DNA of 32,000 bases from Ferrimonas kyonanensis DSM 18153. Lineage in GTDB: Bacteria; Pseudomonadota; Gammaproteobacteria; Enterobacterales; Shewanellaceae. Below the pieces are notes generated by a model. The model made no database searches. It saw only the letters and a list, made by a program, of their open reading frames with translations, and was not told the origin of the DNA. Below, one piece after another: positions 22,609 through 29,365 of the stretch. The DNA is taken from assembly GCF_000425405.1 (NCBI RefSeq), contig NZ_AUDJ01000029.1, positions 14,000 through 45,999 of the forward strand, read 5' to 3'. Every line of letters starts with the position of its first letter. The first letter of the stretch is position 1. The position numbers and the translations under genes are program-made.

Positions 22609-22626
22609 AGCGCAACAGGTTGCGCT
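22609..22626. terminator. Hairpin agcgcaa-cagg-ttgcgct with an A-tract 5' on the plus strand (a T-tract on the minus strand)
   Basis: A perfect 7-bp stem. The T-run is on the minus-strand side only, so the orientation is ambiguous. Confidence 0.4.
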
Positions 22627-22697
22627 CTCGTCTTGAAGATTATTTCCGTTTCCTCTTAACTATCCAGTAACCATTATAATCTGATTGCTAATCACTG

Positions 22698-23366
22698 ATG
22701 TTATCACCTGTTCAAACTCTTTCATTTCAAGTTCGCCAAATGCTCGAACACAATGTGCCGCTACCAAGTGAGATCCACTTGCTGTTGGAGTTTTTGCAGC
22801 TTTACAGGTGCGATGCGTCGCTAACTGACATCGCGGATTGGGTCATGAAGACTCAAGACCCCAAGACCATCCTCAAAATTCGCACTCAGTACACCCAGAT
22901 AGAGAGCAGCACGATCATCAGCGATAGCACGGTGGGCTTTCGGCAGCAGATTATTAGCTTGGGACTAAACCGGTTGGCACAGACCATTGAGCAGGCTGTG
23001 GGAGAGAGCATTGCGTTTGGTCCGAAGTATGAGCCAAGCTTTGTCGACTTCAGCAAACACCTGAATGAGCTTGCCTCTACCATCACAGGGCAAGACTCGA
23101 AAAGTCAGCTGATAAAGACGGTGTTTCCAATCTTCAAGCTGGGCCTGTATCTGCTTGCCTTGGCCCACAAAAGCTTCCCTAACCCGATGCCTTGGCAGAG
23201 CGCAGCCAACAGCCCAGACCTGTTCGCAGGGGTCTGCAATATCATGGTGTTCACCCTGAACACCCACTTTGCCGACTCCGAGCTCATGGCGGCGGTACGC
23301 CTATGCCACCCGCGCAACCCTGACTGCATCTTCAACTCAGAGGACTGTGAAGCTTATGCACCCTAA
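22698..23366 (+). CDS. Hypothetical protein (222 aa)
   Basis: A long ORF with no clear SD and no recognisable motif. Confidence 0.5.
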   Translation: MLSPVQTLSFQVRQMLEHNVPLPSEIHLLLEFLQLYRCDASLTDIADWVMKTQDPKTILKIRTQYTQIESSTIISDSTVGFRQQIISLGLNRLAQTIEQAVGESIAFGPKYEPSFVDFSKHLNELASTITGQDSKSQLIKTVFPIFKLGLYLLALAHKSFPNPMPWQSAANSPDLFAGVCNIMVFTLNTHFADSELMAAVRLCHPRNPDCIFNSEDCEAYAP

Positions 23367-23751
23367 CGCCCTTCAGAGTACCCATGACGTACTAACCAGC
23401 CATGGCTGGGAGGCACATGACCAGAACAGCATTGGCCAGTGTTTGGTAAGAACGCCATATGGCGACCATGGATTCATTGAGGTAAACCACGATCCGCAGC
23501 ATCACAGTGGACAGCTCAACCTTGCACTTCAGCTGGTCCTTGCTGCAGGTGACCTGGCCGTGGTTAGTGAATACAACCCAGATGTGACCATTTTCCAGGT
23601 AAAGGAGTACCTCGTGCTGAGGGTTGAGTATCTCCACCAGGAGCACTTAAAGCACAGAGCTCGGTCGTTATTAATGCTGGCGGAGACTCTATTTATAAAT
23701 CTTGGAGTCAAGGGCATTAGTGAAGAGTGTTGCACAAATGCCCCGACATGA
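23356..23751 (+). CDS. Hypothetical protein (131 aa)
   Basis: ATG 23356 overlaps the previous gene by 11 nt. The listed upstream start at 23269 would give a long out-of-frame overlap. Confidence 0.5.
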   Translation: MHPNALQSTHDVLTSHGWEAHDQNSIGQCLVRTPYGDHGFIEVNHDPQHHSGQLNLALQLVLAAGDLAVVSEYNPDVTIFQVKEYLVLRVEYLHQEHLKHRARSLLMLAETLFINLGVKGISEECCTNAPT

Positions 23752-23790
23752 ATTGAAAATAACCAAGCATGGGAATCCACAACTGGCTCA

Positions 23791-24123
23791 TTATCCAGCT
23801 TTAACAATCGTCTCTGGATGGGGGGGAATCGAAACAGACTCAGGTTTTAAGCTTTCCGATTCATCCTCTTTACTCTTAGTTGAATTTTCATCTTCCGACT
23901 TGACTGGTTTATTCTTATCAGCTGGCACCGATTCCATTAAGTCATCGACTGACAACCCACGTTTTTGGAGGTCTTTTGAGATCTTCTTCAAAAAGGCTTC
24001 ATCCTCTTGCCGACGTTTTAATGCAGCTTGCATTCCGACAATTAACCTTTTGATGTCGTTCGCACTAGCGCCATTCAAAAATAACTTAAAATTGTCCTTG
24101 TCGAACAGATCCTGATAAGTCAT
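23791..24123 (-). CDS. Protein resembling only the H-NS N-terminal oligomerisation domain, with no recognisable DNA-binding domain and an acidic/Ser-rich tail
   Basis: IKRLIVGMQAALKRRQEDEAFLKKISKDLQKRGLSVDDLMES resembles the H-NS coiled-coil plus the linker ..[20 protein letters not shown]. The C-terminal TWTGQGRTP-type DNA-binding motif is absent. The gene is AT-rich. Confidence 0.5.
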   Translation of the reverse strand: MTYQDLFDKDNFKLFLNGASANDIKRLIVGMQAALKRRQEDEAFLKKISKDLQKRGLSVDDLMESVPADKNKPVKSEDENSTKSKEDESESLKPESVSIPPHPETIVKAG

Positions 24124-24147
24124 AGCGTATCCCTTCTGTTGATTGAA

Positions 24148-24852
24148 TTAAGTTAACAAATACGACCCAATGCGGTTTAACAGCCACACGACTGACAGCA
24201 GGATCAACGATAACAGACAGCTGATAAGTAACACCGTCAGGGTGCCCTTGAGTATTGGCAGGAGGTAAAGCAGAGCGCAGAGCAGGATCGCCGTCATGGT
24301 AGGGGAGTGCATGCCGGCCTTGAGTGCATTCAGCCAATCGGTTCTCGATGGCCAGCAGTTGCTGCTCACTGCCGCTATTAAGATCAAAGGGACCACGGCC
24401 GTGGTGTCGCCACGGATTAGCTGTACAATGCCGACGCCATCCATGGCACCAGCGCCTCCCCCAAAGAGAAGCGGACTCGGCAGGCTGGACCATTGCCAAA
24501 TAGCGATCATCGACATTGCGCCACTGAACAAGGGCCCAAGTGGTACCAGGGTACAGCCGAGTCGCTGCCAAAGGTTGCCTGGTTCATATTGGTGGCTCAC
24601 ACTCCCACTGGCCAAGCCTTGGTGCGTCTTAAACCAGACCACTTTTCTGACACGATGACCAAACAGCAGGGCAAAAACAAAATGCCCCAGCTCATGCACT
24701 ATCACGCCCGGGACGGAGAATACCCAGCGCCCCAGATACCCAAGCCGACAAACTATGGCACGGCAAAGTAGCGATATCCCTGCAAAGCTCAGTAGCGTCA
24801 GCAGCAGGTCAATGGACACCTTACTGCACCCTACGGAGGAATTGACGGACAT
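24148..24852 (-). CDS. Polytopic membrane metalloprotease-like protein (M50 / site-2-protease-like)
   Basis: VHELGHFVFALLFGHRV (HELGH at nt 24682-24696) sits in a hydrophobic helix and matches the M50 pattern HExGHxxxAxxxG. A second motif, NCWPSRTDW, resembles NxxPxxxxD. The start is uncertain, and ATG 24852 overlaps the upstream gene. Confidence 0.6.
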   Translation of the reverse strand: MSVNSSVGCSKVSIDLLLTLLSFAGISLLCRAIVCRLGYLGRWVFSVPGVIVHELGHFVFALLFGHRVRKVVWFKTHQGLASGSVSHQYEPGNLWQRLGCTLVPLGPLFSGAMSMIAIWQWSSLPSPLLFGGGAGAMDGVGIVQLIRGDTTAVVPLILIAAVSSNCWPSRTDWLNALKAGMHSPTMTAILLCALLYLLPILKGTLTVLLISCLLSLILLSVVWLLNRIGSYLLT

Positions 24853-25603
24853 CTGTGGCTGCCTGACGAAACTCATCGATGGGAGATTGCAATAGACGGT
24901 CGAGATAGTCCGATTCGGACAGGTGACTGAATTTGGCGGCATTCATGACCAGATCCAGGCCTACTGTAGTCCGAAGCACCGCATCTTCAGGCATGGCCTG
25001 CTCAAGGCGAGCCAGAGCATCGTAATCTTGCTGAGAGGCAATCAGGCGAGCCCTCCCTCGAAATTCATGTTGCTGCGCGTACTGGGCCAACAGCTGGCGC
25101 TCTGTGTCGCTGGCGCCATCAAACCCCCACTCATGGAAAGCCATGCTGCTCCAGAACTGAGCAGGTTTACCATCCCAGTAAGCCCGGGCGTACTCCTTAA
25201 TCAACGAGGGATCGCTGACGATGGTGCTACCCCGAAAATCGACAACGGCTATGGAGGTCGCTATCTTGGCAAACCGTTCATCGGTGGCCATGGCAACTCG
25301 CAGAAATTCGGCCATCGCCTTGTCATCAGCCTTCAGGCCCCGAAGCTGACTGGCAAAGAGGCTGGTGACCGTCAAAGGGTCGATTTCGGTTTCATAGCGA
25401 GGTTCATCCATCACCTGCGCAGCCACCACCCTCCAGTCTAACGACAGGCAACCGCCTTGGCCGCACCATGCGGTGGGCGCTTCAGTCAGATCCCTAGCCA
25501 ATTGATAGCCCGCCAGTGATCCAGCGATGAACGCTGTCCCTGCGATAATGCCTCGTACTGATTTCCATGTGGTTGAACGCACAATAAGCACCTTGATTTC
25601 CAT
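24821..25603 (-). CDS. Membrane-anchored protein with a large extracytoplasmic domain (about 260 aa)
   Basis: The N-terminal anchor is VRGIIAGTAFIAGSLAGYQLA. The start is uncertain (ATG 25603 or TTG 25660). Confidence 0.55.
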   Translation of the reverse strand: MEIKVLIVRSTTWKSVRGIIAGTAFIAGSLAGYQLARDLTEAPTAWCGQGGCLSLDWRVVAAQVMDEPRYETEIDPLTVTSLFASQLRGLKADDKAMAEFLRVAMATDERFAKIATSIAVVDFRGSTIVSDPSLIKEYARAYWDGKPAQFWSSMAFHEWGFDGASDTERQLLAQYAQQHEFRGRARLIASQQDYDALARLEQAMPEDAVLRTTVGLDLVMNAAKFSHLSESDYLDRLLQSPIDEFRQAATDVRQFLRRVQ

Positions 25604-25694
25604 GTCGAAAGGTAATTGTGCAGTACGCCAGAGGTGGGCTTGTGCAAAAAGACACCCCAAAACTGGCTGTTCGTTGCAGTTTTAGGGTGGAAGG

Positions 25695-25961
25695 CTATTT
25701 CTCTCGAGCCGAGTCCAATTTGGGGGCAACCGGGGTGGAGGTAGTGGTCTTGACGGCCTGCTGCTGCGTCTTCAAAACCAGGCTGCGGTCTTTGAGGCGC
25801 TCCTGACCTTCCATCACTGAGTCTTCGGACGACAGCAATTCGAAAGCCTTGCTCGCCGATCTGGCTTTTATACAGGCGCGGCGCTGCTCGACATCCAGGA
25901 GGCCCGTGCAGGGTTCCGGCTGCGCGTGCAACACGGTGGCTAAGAAAATAATGGTGACCAT
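25695..25961 (-). CDS. Small exported protein (88 aa)
   Basis: A very strong SD, aggagg. The short signal-like N-terminus is MVTIIFLATVLHA. Confidence 0.65.
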   Translation of the reverse strand: MVTIIFLATVLHAQPEPCTGLLDVEQRRACIKARSASKAFELLSSEDSVMEGQERLKDRSLVLKTQQQAVKTTTSTPVAPKLDSAREK

Positions 25962-25974
25962 AACTCCTCCTGAA

Positions 25975-26445
25975 TTATGAACCGCGATAAGGTTTAAGGT
26001 TCATGCCTAAGCTGCTGTTGATGTCGTACACCAAATGATCCAGCCGCTGGGTCACTCGGCCGCCAACCCGCCAGGAAAACAAAGGGGTCTCGATGTCCGC
26101 CTCCGCGGTACCCAAACCGACCTGAGCCACCGACTTATCTGTGAGATGCCAGACGACGGTTTGCCGGTCACAGCCAAGCCTCTGCTTTGAGAACAGCGGC
26201 ACCCGGAACCATGCGTATTGGCCGAGTAACTCTCCTTGATCATTGATGGTGAAATCGTAGTTTACCGGCAGCAGGGCCAATAACACCCCAAGGGGTAACC
26301 AGACCACTACGGGCAGTATTTGCTGGTGCCAGATCCACGAGTTCAATTGCCCGTAACCGAAGAAAACGGTGGTCAGCAAACACATCACCACCACTGCGAA
26401 AAGCAGCGGTTCTCGGATAAATAGCACCACTTTAAAGCTTCGCAT
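25975..26445 (-). CDS. Membrane protein with two N-terminal TM helices (156 aa)
   Basis: The SD is aaggaaa. The hydrophobic segments are LLFAVVVMCLLTTVFFGY and ILPVVVWLPLGVLLALLPV. Confidence 0.6.
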   Translation of the reverse strand: MRSFKVVLFIREPLLFAVVVMCLLTTVFFGYGQLNSWIWHQQILPVVVWLPLGVLLALLPVNYDFTINDQGELLGQYAWFRVPLFSKQRLGCDRQTVVWHLTDKSVAQVGLGTAEADIETPLFSWRVGGRVTQRLDHLVYDINSSLGMNLKPYRGS

Positions 26446-26570
26446 CGCACACTTTCCTTGTTAAGCACCGTTCACAAGCAACGCCTTTTTAACACTTGTG
26501 AAAAGTTGCGGTTTCATTAATAGTAAACACTCTGGTGTTCAACAACAAAATAACTCGTAGGCCCGTCAAT

Positions 26571-27188
26571 ATGAGCATTCGCAGCGCTCGCTTGCAGGAA
26601 ATCCAGCAGGAGCTGCTCAAAGAGAGTAACAATGATGGCCAAGCCTTCGGCCACCTATTTTGCTTACCCGCCGGCGATGACACCCACTACTGGTACGCAC
26701 GTATTACCCTATCGAAATCTCAATACACCTGCCTATGGCCTGATGCCGACATTGATAAGGCCAAAGTGCAACTTGGCATCGAGCAGTTCATTGAAAGCCA
26801 TGGCGCACTCCCCCTCACATTCGATGAACAACCGCCACGCCCAACCCAGCATTACCTCAACCTGGAGTCTTTCAAAACCTACCTTGCCAACCGCGGCATC
26901 AGGTCATTAGCAGAGTTCCAAAAAGTCGCGGCGCCTGCGTTCGTGCCAACGGATCCGCTTACCCACTATGGCGTCACCGAGTCCTCGCTATTCCACCGCC
27001 CCAAAGCGCGCTTCCTTTCTTTCGACGATGCTGTGAATCTGGCTCGCCAGCTTGATTGCTCTCGCTACACCGATTACAAGAAGATGTGCGAGCGTGGTGA
27101 GCGTCCTCCTGAGCTGCCGGCAGACCCAGTGACCTACTACGGCTACAACTGGCGGGGCTGGGACTACTTCCTAAACAGCCAAAGCTAA
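26571..27188 (+). CDS. Protein with C-terminal integrase-repeat-like modules
   Basis: The repeated module is ..FVPTDPLTHYG.. / RFLSFDDAVNLARQLDCSRYTDYKKMCERGERPPELPADPVTYYGYNWRGWDYFL. It matches the pattern FLxFEEARxxxxxLxLxSxxEWxxYxKSGxxPxxIPxxPxxxYxxxGWxGWxDFL as I recall it. The start could be ATG 26571 or GTG 26535. Confidence 0.6.
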   Translation: MSIRSARLQEIQQELLKESNNDGQAFGHLFCLPAGDDTHYWYARITLSKSQYTCLWPDADIDKAKVQLGIEQFIESHGALPLTFDEQPPRPTQHYLNLESFKTYLANRGIRSLAEFQKVAAPAFVPTDPLTHYGVTESSLFHRPKARFLSFDDAVNLARQLDCSRYTDYKKMCERGERPPELPADPVTYYGYNWRGWDYFLNSQS

Positions 27189-27748
27189 CCTGCACAGCGG
27201 TATTGCCTGAAGGTATGCCGCATCGCCAGGTACACCCCCCAGTTGTTCTCGGAGATGAACTTGGCCACCGGATCGGTGGGCGCGTCCCGGCTGGCCATGA
27301 TACGGTTCATTGCAGAGACAATCCCACACTGGTCGATGCCCAGCTCATGCCGGCGGATGACCGGCGCCGTCATGATGGCCTCAATCAGGTTCTTGCGGGC
27401 ATTGAACTGCTCAAGGTCATAGTAAGCTACGCCAGTAACCACCTCAGAGCCGCTCTCCTTACCGGTGAAATCTCGATCCAGCACAAACCGAGTCACCCTA
27501 GGGCTGATGCTGACGAACCTTACCTTGGCATCATCATCCTTCTGAGTTTGGCTGGCATACTCAAACCGAGGAGCGCTGAGCAGGACCTGTTCCGCGATCT
27601 GCTTGCGATAGGTGTCCATTTCAAACTCCGGAGAGGCTCGATACACACCATTTATATGCTGGATCTGTACCTCAAACCGGAAGCTGGCCTCGGTTGCGTC
27701 GGCGCCCATGGCAAGCACCATGAGCAGGCTAAGCATCCATCGCATCAT
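27185..27748 (-). CDS. Exported protein (187 aa), unknown function, last gene of the minus-strand operon
   Basis: The signal peptide is MMRWMLSLLMVLAMGADA. It is ATGA-coupled to the upstream gene. Confidence 0.7.
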   Translation of the reverse strand: MMRWMLSLLMVLAMGADATEASFRFEVQIQHINGVYRASPEFEMDTYRKQIAEQVLLSAPRFEYASQTQKDDDAKVRFVSISPRVTRFVLDRDFTGKESGSEVVTGVAYYDLEQFNARKNLIEAIMTAPVIRRHELGIDQCGIVSAMNRIMASRDAPTDPVAKFISENNWGVYLAMRHTFRQYRCAG

Positions 27749-28419
27749 CTCTCACCCTCCTCTGCGGCCTGGCGAGGGTCATAGCCCTTGAGCCAGCCGT
27801 GAGTGATCTCGCCGCCCAAATCAGCCTCGGAGTACCCAAACACCCTCAGCACCTCCAGATCATATGGGTCACGCTGCAGCGGCCCCTCCACCAAGGCCTG
27901 CATGGTGATCTCAACAAGGTGCTTCAGGCTTTCATGGGGCAAACGCTCAGGGAGCTTGCCACGGCCGGCCTCGACGCCATCTTCGGGTTCGCGCACCTGG
28001 TAGTGGCTGTCAAAGTCAGCCAGGTTGCCGTGCAGGCCTTGCACAATTTCGGCGATAGGCAGCTTCTCCGGCTGATGGGCCTGGTGCTGCCCCTCCCAAT
28101 ACTGCACATAGTCGACCAGCTGGATCAGGTTGCTGTGGGCACCGATTGGGCTTGGCGCACCCGTGATCTGCACCCACGACGCCTGAAGCTGATTGTGGGA
28201 GGCTACCGCACGGCGGATCTCGGCAGTGGCAGCCTTAAGGCTGGCGACGGTGTTGGCCTCCAGATAGAAGTCCTGGTAGTCATCGTTGGCGACGGGCAAC
28301 AGATAGCGGGAGCGGTCTTTGGTCTGCTCCTGGAATACGTGAATCGTTTTTTGTGTCAGATCCACTGGATAGCTCACCCCCGCATTCAGGGTTGCCATGG
28401 CCAACAGAGAAATCAACAT
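27745..28419 (-). CDS. Exported protein (224 aa), unknown function
   Basis: The SD is aaggag. The N-terminal signal-like segment is MLISLLAMATLNAG. Confidence 0.7.
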   Translation of the reverse strand: MLISLLAMATLNAGVSYPVDLTQKTIHVFQEQTKDRSRYLLPVANDDYQDFYLEANTVASLKAATAEIRRAVASHNQLQASWVQITGAPSPIGAHSNLIQLVDYVQYWEGQHQAHQPEKLPIAEIVQGLHGNLADFDSHYQVREPEDGVEAGRGKLPERLPHESLKHLVEITMQALVEGPLQRDPYDLEVLRVFGYSEADLGGEITHGWLKGYDPRQAAEEGER

Positions 28420-28430
28420 ACCGCCACTCC

Positions 28431-29261
28431 TTAGTGCTCAGGCCTGTGAGCCAGGGTATCCCGCTTAACCAGCTCGCGGGAGGCCGGAAAGAACCACCGG
28501 TTAAAGAAGTAGAACTCCTCCCCCTGAATCCACACCACAGGGGCACCATTGCGGATAGACAGCTTGGACACCCTGTCGGCGTAGGCTCGCATGTAGATGT
28601 CTGAGGCGTACTCACTCCTGGTGGAGCCGCTGGCGATGGCGTACACGGTATCTGCCTTCATCCCCAGATCCGGCACCCCCAGCACAAAGCGTTGTCCATC
28701 CGCGAAATAGGTGGTGTTAGCGTATGACTGTCGAATGCGGTGCAGAAACATCGCGCTCCCAGGGATGATCATGGTCAGGCCATCCTCGCTCATCACCCTG
28801 TAGTCCCAACCTGGCAGCTCTTTAACGTCAGCCAGAGCAAACGCCTCCACCACATGGGTGTATTGCGTTTCAGGATTGCCAGGCAACCACGCATTGCCGT
28901 CGCACACTTGCTGGTCGCGGATCAGCCTGAAGAACGCAATCTCCTCGGTCATGCTCGATGGCAAGTAGCCAGTACAGTCTTCAAAGGTGTTCAGCTGCTG
29001 ATCGTACCAATGCCGGTACGGCTCCCAGAAAAAGCGAGCCAGGTTGTGCTTCTTGGTCAGCTCCGGTTTGTAGGGAAACTGGTGCAGCTGCAACAGATGT
29101 ATATTGCCCGTACTAAGATCGGCGTTATATGCGGGTTTGGTCGTCACAAATCCTTTTAGGAACGATGGCACTTTGGGGTTCACGTTGGTGACAGTGCAAC
29201 CACTTAAGCCACCCAGCAGCAGGGCTGTCACTAAAAAAGCGGGCATCAGTCTGCGTGTCAT
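28431..29261 (-). CDS. Lipoprotein (276 aa), unknown function
   Basis: The SD is ggaggtg. The signal is MTRRLMPAFLVTALLLGGLSGC with the lipobox LSGC. Confidence 0.75.
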   Translation of the reverse strand: MTRRLMPAFLVTALLLGGLSGCTVTNVNPKVPSFLKGFVTTKPAYNADLSTGNIHLLQLHQFPYKPELTKKHNLARFFWEPYRHWYDQQLNTFEDCTGYLPSSMTEEIAFFRLIRDQQVCDGNAWLPGNPETQYTHVVEAFALADVKELPGWDYRVMSEDGLTMIIPGSAMFLHRIRQSYANTTYFADGQRFVLGVPDLGMKADTVYAIASGSTRSEYASDIYMRAYADRVSKLSIRNGAPVVWIQGEEFYFFNRWFFPASRELVKRDTLAHRPEH

Positions 29262-29312
29262 TGTGTCACCTCCATGTTGGTCCCTTTATCAGTAATTGGT
29301 AACAGCCCGGCT

Positions 29313-29349
29313 TGCAAACAAAAGCGCCTTACAAATACGGTAAGGCGCT
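29313..29349 (-). terminator. Rho-independent terminator after the large minus-strand gene
   Basis: On the minus strand the stem-loop is agcgccttac-cgtattt-gtaaggcgct, followed by ttttgtttg. Confidence 0.7.
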
Positions 29350-29365
29350 CGGCAATGACTTCTGG

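Noticed and set aside
24923-25441. A 172-aa plus-strand ORF opposite the membrane-anchored protein gene.
   Set aside because: It has no SD and an odd composition. The minus-strand frame fits the operon and has an N-terminal anchor.
27203-28434. Two long plus-strand ORFs (193 aa and 211 aa) opposite the exported-protein genes.
   Set aside because: The minus-strand frames have signal peptides or a lipobox, strong SDs and ATGA coupling. The plus-strand translations are Arg/His/Gly/Leu-rich with no start context.
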